A stretch of 27,565 nucleotides of DNA from Gammaproteobacteria bacterium (GTDB taxonomy: Bacteria > Pseudomonadota > Gammaproteobacteria > UBA6429 > Thiohalophilaceae). The translations under genes were made by a program, and so were the position numbers. Within the stretch, counting starts at the first letter, position 1. Every line of letters starts with the position of its first letter. Shown here in pieces: positions 17,301 to 25,750 of this stretch. The stretch is taken from the NCBI GenBank assembly GCA_029882235.1, contig JAOULB010000001.1:1-27565 (forward strand), read 5' to 3'. Below the pieces are notes generated by a model. It worked only from the letters and a program-made list of their open reading frames with translations. It had not been told where the DNA came from and ran no database searches.

Positions 17301-19340
17301 CTAGTTAGGCAGTTTAAAACCAGCGACTGAATGACGAAGTTCATTCGCCAGCTCAGCCAGGTTACCAATCGAAGCAGCGGTTTCATTGGTACCCGCTGAG
17401 GTCTGAGTCGTGATTTCCTGAATCACATTCATAGTCTCAGAAATATTGGTTGCTGCTCGGGCCTGCTGCGATGCAGACTCTGAAATGTTTCGAATCAGAT
17501 CCGCAAGGTGAGAAGACACCGATTCAATCGACTCAAGGGCTTCACCCGCGTTTTGCGCCAGTTGCGCTCCCGCGACAACACCCGAGGTACTTTCTTCCAT
17601 CGAGGACACCGCCTCTTTAGTATCAGACTGAATCCCTTTCACCAGCGCCTCAATCTGTCGAGTCGCGTCACCGGAACGTTCCGCCAGTCGCTGAACTTCG
17701 TCCGCTACCACCGCGAAGCCTCGTCCGGCTTCACCGGCCATGGCCGCCTGAATCGCCGCGTTCAAGGCCAGAATGTTGGTTTGTTCGGCAATGTCATTAA
17801 TCAGCTCAACGATGTCACCAATTTCCTGTGAGCTTTCACCCAGACGTTTAATACGTTTTGAGGTTTCCTGAATCTGTTCACGAATGGTATCCATACCATG
17901 AATCGTTTTCTGCACCGCTTCCGCGCCTTTACCCGCGATGGTTACCGACTTGTTCGCTTCGTCGGCCAGCTCACTCGCGTGAGAAGAAACCGCTTCAATA
18001 GAAATCGCCATTTCGTTAATCGCACTACTGGCATCAGTAATCTGCTGCGCCTGATGGTCAGAAGCTTCAGCAAGATGCATCGCTGTCGCCTGCGTCTGTT
18101 GCGCCGCTGAGGATACCTGTTGAGTTGTATCGTTAATCGCCGCAACCAGATTACGTAACGCGTCGATCGCATAGTTGATCGAGTCCGCGATCGCGCCGGT
18201 AATATCTTCTGTTACTGTTGCTGTTACCGTCAGGTCACCATCCGCGAGGTCACCCATTTCGTCCAGCAGTCGCAAAATCGCTTCCTGGTTTCGTGTGTTG
18301 GTGTTTTCAGTCATCTGACGTTGATGCTCAGTCTGATTCAGACGGCGACGTGAGTCATTCCAGTAGAGATAACCCAGCAGAACAACCAGCCCCAGAGATA
18401 ACACACCAAACAACTTCGCCAGTACGGGCATTAAACGACCTTCAGTTGCACCCTCATAAGCAGAAGATACCGCTGAGATCTGGTTCAGGAGTAATTCACT
18501 CACACCCAGAATTTCTTCGGCCGCACCAGACACCTGGAACATTTCTGGTGAACGCTCAAGAATTGAACCGACCTGGTTTCGAATATCAGCAAACTGTTTG
18601 GATACTTCAAGCAGTTTTGCGCGTGCGCCCGGTGCTGTAATCTTGGTAATACTTAACCGCGAGTTACCACGCAACATATCCTGAATCACGCGACCGAACA
18701 GCGCCGCATCTCGACCGAATCGGTCAGCCGCAGTTACCGCACCTTCACCACCATCCAGTACACGACTCACGTTACTGGAGATACGTTGCATCAACATCAG
18801 CTGACGCGTGGCGATATAAACCTGATCGGGCTTGGCACCCTGTTGTGCCATACTGGCCACAACTTCGTCTGACAAAGCCAGAAGAGTAGGAATCTGTTCA
18901 TTAATACCAGTAATGTAAGAACGCATGTTTGCCACAACTTCACGACGCTTGAGAATAATGTCGACGTTCTCACTATAGCTCTTCCATAGACCATACAATT
19001 TAGTTAATGGCGCCATTTCACCTGAAATTTCGCCCGGCGTTTCACGTTTCTGGTAGTTCAGAATTTCTTCAAACTGATCACGCGAACGCTGTAATAATGG
19101 GAAGGCTTTAATATCACCACGTGCAGCCTGTGAGGCCAGCTTGGCAATTTCCTGAGATAAAACACTTTGCTCACCGATTTTGGAGATATAAGTTTTATCA
19201 TTACTATCCTGTGCAGCGCTCAGACCGAAATAAACCGCCATCGCGACCACTGACACAACTAACAGGATGATCACCAGGACCATTGTGCGTCCATAGGATG
19301 TCGTTGCGTTACCTAACAGACCATCAGTTGAAAACTTCAT
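17301..19340 (-). CDS. pilJ: Methyl-accepting chemotaxis protein PilJ
   Basis: Two TM segments, a periplasmic domain, a HAMP-like region ([17 protein letters not shown]) and the MCP tip [38 protein letters not shown]. Confidence 0.95.
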   Translation of the reverse strand: MKFSTDGLLGNATTSYGRTMVLVIILLVVSVVAMAVYFGLSAAQDSNDKTYISKIGEQSVLSQEIAKLASQAARGDIKAFPLLQRSRDQFEEILNYQKRETPGEISGEMAPLTKLYGLWKSYSENVDIILKRREVVANMRSYITGINEQIPTLLALSDEVVASMAQQGAKPDQVYIATRQLMLMQRISSNVSRVLDGGEGAVTAADRFGRDAALFGRVIQDMLRGNSRLSITKITAPGARAKLLEVSKQFADIRNQVGSILERSPEMFQVSGAAEEILGVSELLLNQISAVSSAYEGATEGRLMPVLAKLFGVLSLGLVVLLGYLYWNDSRRRLNQTEHQRQMTENTNTRNQEAILRLLDEMGDLADGDLTVTATVTEDITGAIADSINYAIDALRNLVAAINDTTQQVSSAAQQTQATAMHLAEASDHQAQQITDASSAINEMAISIEAVSSHASELADEANKSVTIAGKGAEAVQKTIHGMDTIREQIQETSKRIKRLGESSQEIGDIVELINDIAEQTNILALNAAIQAAMAGEAGRGFAVVADEVQRLAERSGDATRQIEALVKGIQSDTKEAVSSMEESTSGVVAGAQLAQNAGEALESIESVSSHLADLIRNISESASQQARAATNISETMNVIQEITTQTSAGTNETAASIGNLAELANELRHSVAGFKLPN

Positions 19341-19439
19341 TGTTTTGCTCCTCGTACTTTATATAAGCAACGGCACTCGACCGACTTACCCTGATTACTC
19401 TTCACCCATTATGTCGTCAAACATATATTTTTTTTATCC

Positions 19440-19994
19440 TCAGGATTTTGCGGCGACTTCTTTAAACACCGAATCCTGACATAGTTGGGGAATACTAAAA
19501 ATGCCCCAATAAACATCATTTTGCTGATAGGCGCCTGTTAGCTTGCCCATCAATTCTTTTGAAATCTGTGGGAACATGTCCGTCTGTTCCTCTTCAAAAA
19601 AGTGGCGTAAACCAAATACTTCATCAACCAGCAGGCCTGCCGCTAGTTTGTCACGATTGATAACCAGAATTCGTGAACGACGATGGATGGGGGTGGTTCG
19701 ACCTTCGATAAAATTACCCATATCCAATATCGGCATCAATGTACCACGTACATTCGCCAATCCTAAAACCCAGGGTTGCGCACTGGGCACGCGTGTCATT
19801 TGTGGAAAAGGCAGAATTTCATTCACCTCCCCGAACGCGGCGACCAGTCTTACGTCACCTAACCTGAAACCAATACCTGACCAGGTCTGGCGAACTTCAA
19901 TCTGGCTTGGCAGACCCAGGGCCTTCTGACGACTACGGGCTTCAATGTCCCGTAATAACTCAAAAAGTGGGTTGGATTCTGCCACTGCTGCCAC
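19440..19994 (-). CDS. pilI: CheW-like PilI; start reassigned to GTG 19994
   Basis: TRVPSAQPWVLGLANVRGTLMPILD and AGLLVDEVFG. GGAGG (20007-20003) lies 8 nt before an in-frame GTG at 19994, a better start than TTG 20009. Confidence 0.9.
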   Translation of the reverse strand: MAAVAESNPLFELLRDIEARSRQKALGLPSQIEVRQTWSGIGFRLGDVRLVAAFGEVNEILPFPQMTRVPSAQPWVLGLANVRGTLMPILDMGNFIEGRTTPIHRRSRILVINRDKLAAGLLVDEVFGLRHFFEEEQTDMFPQISKELMGKLTGAYQQNDVYWGIFSIPQLCQDSVFKEVAAKS

Positions 19995-19998
19995 CGTC

Positions 19999-20364
19999 CT
20001 AGCCTCCAATTATGGTCTTAATCTTACTGACCAGGTCATCCTCAGATACAGGTTTGGAGATATAGTCTTTTGCACCCTGGCGTAGACCCCAAACACGATC
20101 GGTTTCCTGATCCTTGGTTGTTACGATAATAATAGGAATTGATGAGGTCTCCGGATCTTTAGTTAATGCACGCGTGGCCTGAAAGCCATTCATGCCCGGC
20201 ATAACAACATCCATCAATACCAAATCTGGTTTTTCCTTTTTAGTCATCGCAATACCGTCTTCGGCATTATCCGCTGAAAGCACCTCAAAACTGTTCTTTT
20301 CAAGAATGGTTTTAAAGACATGCACTTCAGTGGGCGAATCATCAATAATTAATATCCGTGCCAT
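19999..20364 (-). CDS. pilH: Single-domain response regulator PilH
   Basis: ILIIDDSPTE, LMDVVMPGMNGFQATR, TTKDQETDRVWGLRQGA. Confidence 0.95.
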   Translation of the reverse strand: MARILIIDDSPTEVHVFKTILEKNSFEVLSADNAEDGIAMTKKEKPDLVLMDVVMPGMNGFQATRALTKDPETSSIPIIIVTTKDQETDRVWGLRQGAKDYISKPVSEDDLVSKIKTIIGG

Positions 20365-20438
20365 GTGATTATTCTCCCACCTGCACAGTCATATCTGTGT
20401 TGTTATTGTTATGTTGATTTCGTTTCATTGACTTAACC

Positions 20439-20843
20439 TTATCGCATTGCATGTTTCTTAATTGCACCCAGCAGTTCTTCTTTAGTGAACGGCTTGGTTA
20501 AATACTGTTCTGAGCCAACGATACGTCCCTTGGCTCGGTCAAATAGACCATCTTTACTCGATAGCATTATTACAGGTGTTTTTTTAAACACCTTGTTGTT
20601 TTTGATCAATGCTGTGGTCTGATAACCATCCAGTCTCGGCATCATGATATCGACAAAAATTATCGCTGGGCGATGATCGGCAATCTTGGCCAGGGCCTCA
20701 AAACCATCAGTGGCCGTGACGACTTCACAACCGACTTTTTTCAGCAGGGTCTCAGCCGTGCGTCGAATCGTCTTGCTGTCATCGATGACCATTACCTTTA
20801 ACCCCTGGTAAATATCATCCATTGCCTTTTCTGCGAGAGCCAT
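20439..20843 (-). CDS. pilG: Single-domain response regulator PilG (alternative start ATG 20822)
   Basis: GLKVMVIDDSKTIRRTAETLLKKVGC, FVDIMMPRLDGY, MLSSKDGLFDRAKGRIVGS. Confidence 0.96.
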   Translation of the reverse strand: MALAEKAMDDIYQGLKVMVIDDSKTIRRTAETLLKKVGCEVVTATDGFEALAKIADHRPAIIFVDIMMPRLDGYQTTALIKNNKVFKKTPVIMLSSKDGLFDRAKGRIVGSEQYLTKPFTKEELLGAIKKHAMR

Positions 20844-20920
20844 GATCTATTTTATCCACTTCAATCCCCTTAGGGGCCGATTTTAGTGTAAGTTACCCGA
20901 CATATTTAATATTAATTTTA

Positions 20921-20957
20921 AATATCGTATATAAGTATCTATATTATATACGATATT
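20921..20957. repeat. Perfect 14-bp inverted repeat with a 9-nt spacer in the pilG/gshB divergent region
   Basis: AATATCGTATATAA (20921-20934) and TTATATACGATATT (20944-20957) are exact reverse complements. Confidence 0.9.
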
Positions 20958-21211
20958 CGATGAATTCAATTATTTAAATGTGTTTCACCATCCTGGACCC
21001 AGTTCACATTGACTGATAATTTTCTAAACTTTTCCGAGTTGAGACATACTACCTGTAAAATTCCCACAATAAAAGTACTGTTGGTTAAAAAATGTACAAA
21101 TTTTTGCCCAGACAGATTCCTCCATATGGCCTACCATATCGCTCTACCCGAATTTAGACAAGATCAACAAAACCCTTGTCACATTATTGTTAAAACCGGT
21201 ACTTTGCTTTT

Positions 21212-22171
21212 ATGAAACTCAAACTTGGCGTGATCATGGATCCCATCGGCTCCATCAATTTCAAAAAGGACAGCACGCTGGCCATGTTGCTTGAGGCCCA
21301 GTCTCGTGACTATACACTCTACTATATAGAACAGCAGCACCTGTTTGCTGTGAACAATCAGGCCATGGCGACGGCCCAGCCTGTTCAGGTATTTGAGAAT
21401 CCTGATCAGTGGTATGAATTAGGCCCCCAACAGACGATTGCCCTGGCGGAGCTGGATGTCATCCTGATGCGTAAGGATCCTCCTTTTGATATGGACTACA
21501 TCTACACCACTTATCTACTGGAGCTGGCTGAAGCGGCGGGTACGCTGGTGGTCAACCGAGCACAGAGTCTGCGCGACGCCAATGAAAAGTTCTTCACCAC
21601 CCAGTTTCCCCAGTGCATTTCACCCACGCTGGTCAGTGCCCAGGCAGAAACTCTGCATGCCTTTGTGAAAGAGCACCAGGACACCATATTAAAGCCACTG
21701 GATGGGATGGGTGGTGCTTCTATATATAGAGTGAAGCAGAACGACCCAAACATTAATGTGATTTTCGAAAACCTGACTCAACACGGTCAGCGTCTGATCA
21801 TGGCGCAGAAGTTTATCCCTGAGATCAGCGCCGGCGATAAGCGTATCTTGCTCATTAATGGCGAGGCCGTGCCCTATGCACTGGCACGCATCCCCGCCAA
21901 AGGTGAAACCCGTGCTAATCTGGCCGCAGGTGGCGAAGGTGTCGTGGTAGAACTCACCGAACGAGATCACTGGATCTGTCGGCAAGTCGCACCCACGCTT
22001 ATTGATAAGGGGCTTATGTTTGTTGGCATTGATGTGATTGGTGATTACCTGACTGAAGTGAATGTCACCAGCCCAACCTGCATTCGTGAAATCGATCAGG
22101 CACAGGGCCTGAATATCAGTGCACAATTAATGGACTGTATTGAGCGAACCATAGAGGAGAAACAGCATTGA
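21212..22171 (+). CDS. gshB: Glutathione synthetase
   Basis: IMDPIGSINFKKDSTLAML, LMRKDPPFD, NEKFF, KPLDGMGG, GDKRILLI, GIDVIGDYLTEVNVTSPT. Confidence 0.97.
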   Translation: MKLKLGVIMDPIGSINFKKDSTLAMLLEAQSRDYTLYYIEQQHLFAVNNQAMATAQPVQVFENPDQWYELGPQQTIALAELDVILMRKDPPFDMDYIYTTYLLELAEAAGTLVVNRAQSLRDANEKFFTTQFPQCISPTLVSAQAETLHAFVKEHQDTILKPLDGMGGASIYRVKQNDPNINVIFENLTQHGQRLIMAQKFIPEISAGDKRILLINGEAVPYALARIPAKGETRANLAAGGEGVVVELTERDHWICRQVAPTLIDKGLMFVGIDVIGDYLTEVNVTSPTCIREIDQAQGLNISAQLMDCIERTIEEKQH

Positions 22172-23208
22172 GGACGTTCTCTAAGCTTTATCTGGCATTT
22201 ATCATCGGCATCTTTTTAACCGCCTGCCAACCCGCACCGAAAGAACAAAAGCTCAGTCTGTTTGTATTTGGCACCCTGGTTGATGTCACTTTGTGGGGTG
22301 TCGATAAACAGACCGCCGAGCAGGCCGTCAAAGATATCGAAACAGATCTGAAGTTTATGCACTTTGCCTGGCATGCCTGGCAGCCGGGACCATTGGGGCG
22401 AGTGAATGAATTACTTTCACTTGCGGGTGAGTTTTCCGCCAACCCGGCTTTGCTCGATATCATCGCGAAGTCACAACAACTCGCCAATAATAGTGAGCAT
22501 CTGTTTAATCCGGCAATCGGTCATTTGATCGCGTTGTGGGGCTATAACAGTGATGATCCACCAAAGGGGCCACCACCTGATGAAAAGCGAATTAAAAAAC
22601 TGTTGGCCAAAAACCCACGCATGGATGACATCAGTATTGATCATGTGCGCATGAAAAATAAAAACGCCGCCGTCAAACTTGATCTGGGCGCTATTGCCAA
22701 GGGCTATGCACTCGATCGTGTGGTTAACAACATCAAAACGCTAGGTGTAAAAAATGCCATCATCAATGCTGGCGGCGATATCAAGGCCATCGGTAAACAT
22801 GGTGATCGCAACTGGCATATCGGGATTCGTCACCCACGTAAGGAAGGTGTCCTTGCAGGCATATCGCTGCAAGATGGCGAGAGTATTTTTACCTCGGGCG
22901 ACTATGAACGCTTCTATGAACATGAAGGTATTCGTTATCATCACATCATTGATGGTCGTACCGGTTACCCTGCCCAGGGTGTGCAATCTATCACCGTGAT
23001 ACATCCAGATGCAGCGACTGCAGATGCGGCGGCAACCGCACTGTTTATTGCTGGCGTAAAAGACTGGCACCGTATTGCGAAAAAAATGGGCATCAAATAT
23101 GCCATGCTGATCGATACCAATGGCAATATTCATCTGAATCCAGCCATGCAAAAACGGCTTGAATTTAAAGATAAAAACCAGCAAATGAATATCAGCGCGC
23201 CACTATGA
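22168..23208 (+). CDS. apbE: ApbE FAD:protein FMN transferase, lipoprotein
   Basis: Lipobox LTAC, DLGAIAKGY, INAGGDI, TSGDYERF, YHHIID.RTGYP and ADAAATALF. 4-nt overlap with gshB. Confidence 0.93.
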   Translation: MRTFSKLYLAFIIGIFLTACQPAPKEQKLSLFVFGTLVDVTLWGVDKQTAEQAVKDIETDLKFMHFAWHAWQPGPLGRVNELLSLAGEFSANPALLDIIAKSQQLANNSEHLFNPAIGHLIALWGYNSDDPPKGPPPDEKRIKKLLAKNPRMDDISIDHVRMKNKNAAVKLDLGAIAKGYALDRVVNNIKTLGVKNAIINAGGDIKAIGKHGDRNWHIGIRHPRKEGVLAGISLQDGESIFTSGDYERFYEHEGIRYHHIIDGRTGYPAQGVQSITVIHPDAATADAAATALFIAGVKDWHRIAKKMGIKYAMLIDTNGNIHLNPAMQKRLEFKDKNQQMNISAPL

Positions 23209-23564
23209 CTCGTACCGATTTTATTATTCTGATTGTTGTTTTTTCCGGACTGCCCTTTGTGTATAAAAGCTTCTGGCAACAAACTGGCGCGGCTGAATAT
23301 GCCAATATTTTTGTTGATACAACACAGCAGCACCAGCTGCGACTCACTGAAGATCAGGTCTCAAGTATTCCGGGTGTACTCGGTGTTTCAAAACTTGAAA
23401 TCAAACAGGGGCAAATCCGTTTTATTGACTCACCCTGTAAAGGCAAGGTCTGCATTAAACAGGGCTGGATAAAATCAAACGGTGATCTCGCGGCCTGCCT
23501 ACCCAATAAAGTCGCGATCCAGCTTGCTGGTCAGTATCAGCTTTACGACAGTATTAACTTCTAA
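23205..23564 (+). CDS. NusG domain II (DUF1312) family protein with an N-terminal membrane anchor
   Basis: SPCKGKVCIKQGWI...G...CLPN pattern and an N-terminal hydrophobic segment. ATGA overlap with apbE. Confidence 0.85.
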   Translation: MTRTDFIILIVVFSGLPFVYKSFWQQTGAAEYANIFVDTTQQHQLRLTEDQVSSIPGVLGVSKLEIKQGQIRFIDSPCKGKVCIKQGWIKSNGDLAACLPNKVAIQLAGQYQLYDSINF

Positions 23565-23569
23565 TCTGC

Positions 23570-24082
23570 ATGACAACAACAATACAACTAAAAACCACCG
23601 CTGAAGATCATCGCATTGCCTGGTTCAGTGCGCTGGCGATTCTGATCCATGTCATTGAAAGTGCACTGCCCTCACCCTTACCTGGCGTTAAGCCTGGCCT
23701 GGCCAATGTCATCACCATTATTGTCCTGTGCAAATATGGCTGGCGCACTGCAGCCTGGGTGAGTGTGCTGCGTGTGCTGGCAGGCAGTTTGATCCTCGGC
23801 ACTTTTTTATCGCCGACATTTATGCTCAGCCTGACCGGCGCATTGTGTAGTGTTGTAATTCTTATCATCGCCAGTCAGCTGCCCGGTCGTGGCGCTGGCC
23901 CGATTGGTTTTAGCGTCCTTGCTGCGATGGCTCACATCAGCGGCCAGTTTCTGATGGCCTGGGCAATGTTTATCCCCCATCCCGGTCTATGGAAACTGTT
24001 TCCGGTTTTGTTAACTTTTGCCATAATTCTGGGCATTATCAACGGTATTATTAGTCTAATGGTTTTAAAACGTCTGCAATGA
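23570..24082 (+). CDS. Gx transporter family / 'heptaprenyl diphosphate synthase component I' membrane protein (ECF S-component-like)
   Basis: IESALP..LPGVKPGLAN, LRVLAGSL..GTF, SLTGA and AH.SGQ; several TM segments. Confidence 0.85.
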   Translation: MTTTIQLKTTAEDHRIAWFSALAILIHVIESALPSPLPGVKPGLANVITIIVLCKYGWRTAAWVSVLRVLAGSLILGTFLSPTFMLSLTGALCSVVILIIASQLPGRGAGPIGFSVLAAMAHISGQFLMAWAMFIPHPGLWKLFPVLLTFAIILGIINGIISLMVLKRLQ

Positions 24083-24987
24083 GCACCATGATTACGCATC
24101 TGCCCTACCGCTATTCCGTCGGTCATAAGGACCGCTTTGGCATTACGCTGTTTTTTGCCCTGGCTATGCATGCGATCATAATCCTTGGTGTTAGTTTTGA
24201 TCTGGAAGATCTGACCGATCCGGATAATGTCGCCACCATGGAAGTCACACTGGTGCATAGTAAAACTGATGAAGCACCCGAGGATGCCGATTATCTTGCG
24301 CAAGCCAATCAGGTCGGTGGTGGCAATATGCAGGACAAGGTACGCCCCAGTAGCCCATTTTCGAACCCTTTACCGACCGACGATCAGGGTTTTGCGCCCA
24401 ACAGCAAAAAGGAAATGATTCCTCCACCTGAAAAAATTAAAAAAGATCAGCGCGAAGTTTTAACCGTTAAGAAAAGTGATTTTCGTACCAACAGCAAGCC
24501 TGAAGAAATCCCCTTACCGCATCAGCAAAACACCCTGACTGCGGCACAACTGTTTGAACGAAGCAGCGAGATTGCACGTTTAAGTGCAGAAATCGATAAA
24601 CTGAAAAAGGCCTACCAGAAAGAAAAACACCATAAGTGGCTCACGGGTGCCAATGCGAAAGAATATAGATATGCCAGCTATCTGGATGCCTGGCGCGCCA
24701 AGGTCGAGCGCATTGGCAATATGAATTTTCCCAGCGAAATCAAACGCAATAGTATCTATGGCAAGGTGCTACTTGATGTGGCGATTAATCCCGATGGCAG
24801 CCTGCATTCGATGAAGGTCTTGCGTTCATCCGGCAATCGAATCATTGATCGCGCCGCCCAACGCATTGTGCGTATGTCTTCGCCCTTCCCACCTCTGCCG
24901 GCGGATATTCTTAAAGAAACCGATGTCCTTCACATCCCTCGTGAGTGGCGTTTCCAAAGATCCGGATTTGCGACGACATCACGTTAA
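24079..24987 (+). CDS. tonB: Energy transducer TonB (TonB3-like by synteny)
   Basis: TM segment FALAMHAIIILG, APEDADYLAQANQVGGG, and C-domain YLDAWRAKVERIGN...LRSSGNRIIDRAA..PFPP..HIPREWRF. It occupies the gshB-yqgE interval, as P. aeruginosa tonB3 does. Confidence 0.88.
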   Translation: MSTMITHLPYRYSVGHKDRFGITLFFALAMHAIIILGVSFDLEDLTDPDNVATMEVTLVHSKTDEAPEDADYLAQANQVGGGNMQDKVRPSSPFSNPLPTDDQGFAPNSKKEMIPPPEKIKKDQREVLTVKKSDFRTNSKPEEIPLPHQQNTLTAAQLFERSSEIARLSAEIDKLKKAYQKEKHHKWLTGANAKEYRYASYLDAWRAKVERIGNMNFPSEIKRNSIYGKVLLDVAINPDGSLHSMKVLRSSGNRIIDRAAQRIVRMSSPFPPLPADILKETDVLHIPREWRFQRSGFATTSR

Positions 24988-25008
24988 AAAATAATTTGCG
25001 TTGAGCAC

Positions 25009-25037
25009 TTGTCAGCTCTGTCATACTTCCTGATACT
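25009..25037 (+). promoter_or_regulatory. Putative sigma70 promoter of the chimeric tonB (duplicated yqgE promoter)
   Basis: TTGTCA-N17-GATACT, then 7 nt to ATG 25045. Both hexamers are identical to the copy at 25715-25743. Confidence 0.6.
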
Positions 25038-25044
25038 GCTATAT

Positions 25045-25680
25045 ATGACTTCTCTGATTAATCTAGCCAGCAAAACAGTGATTTTTGCACTGGCCATGCA
25101 TACAAATATGATCCTTGGTGTGAGCTTTGATCTGGCCAACCACGGTAATGTTTATGCTATGGAAATCACTCAGGTGCACAGTAAAACAGACGAAGAACCT
25201 AAAAAGATTCCCATACCGCTCAAACAAAACACACTCACAGCTGAGCAACTTCTTGAAAGGGCTAACACGATTGAGCGTATGAGTGCTGAGATCAAAAAAC
25301 TAAAAAAGGCTGTTCAAAATGAAAAACAGCATAGGTGGCTCCATGGCACGATAGCGAAAGAATATCATTATGCCCGCTATCGAGATACCTGGCGTGCCCA
25401 GATTGAACTCACTGCTAACATGATATTTAAACGTAACGGTATCAGTAAGTACGGCAAAGTACTGCTGGATGTGGCGATCAATCCCGATGGCAGTCTACAT
25501 TCGACAAGAATATTGCGCTCATCTGGAAATAAAACTATTGATAAAGCCATCAAACTCATTGCTCGCATTTCTTCACCCTTCCAGCCTTTACCACCGGAAA
25601 TTCTCAAAGATACCGATGTGTTACACATACCTATGGAATGGCGTTTTCAGAAGTCTGGTCTCGCCACCACATCACGTTGA
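25045..25680 (+). CDS. Chimeric yqgE'::tonB paralog, 211 aa, linker-deleted (alternative start TTG 25009)
   Basis: MTSLINLASK resembles YqgE MSSLIDPADN (23/30 nt). The remainder aligns to the upstream TonB at about 60% (middle) and 76% (C-terminal) identity by hand count, with an intact frame. Confidence 0.82.
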   Translation: MTSLINLASKTVIFALAMHTNMILGVSFDLANHGNVYAMEITQVHSKTDEEPKKIPIPLKQNTLTAEQLLERANTIERMSAEIKKLKKAVQNEKQHRWLHGTIAKEYHYARYRDTWRAQIELTANMIFKRNGISKYGKVLLDVAINPDGSLHSTRILRSSGNKTIDKAIKLIARISSPFQPLPPEILKDTDVLHIPMEWRFQKSGLATTSR

Positions 25681-25682
25681 AC

Positions 25683-25700
25683 TTATTTTTTAAAAAATAA
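25683..25700. repeat. 18-bp perfect AT palindrome TTATTTTTTAAAAAATAA
   Basis: Read directly. Only the right half is present in the first duplication unit (24985-24994). Confidence 0.8.
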
Positions 25701-25714
25701 ATTCGCATCCGCTC

Positions 25715-25743
25715 TTGTCAGCTCTGCCATGCTGCCCGATACT
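25715..25743 (+). promoter_or_regulatory. Putative sigma70 promoter of yqgE-ruvX-pyrR-pyrB
   Basis: TTGTCA-N17-GATACT, 7 nt before ATG 25751. No SD upstream of the ATG; A-tract at about -60 to -51. Confidence 0.62.
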
Positions 25744-25750
25744 ATAAAGT

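Noticed and set aside
19341-19439. Internal pilJ promoter from TTGACG on the minus strand
   Set aside because: No acceptable -10 at 16-18 nt spacing.
25045-25680. Second tonB as an assembly artefact or a pseudogene
   Set aside because: The copies are too diverged for a misassembly. The frame is intact, the indels are in frame and the promoter hexamers are conserved.
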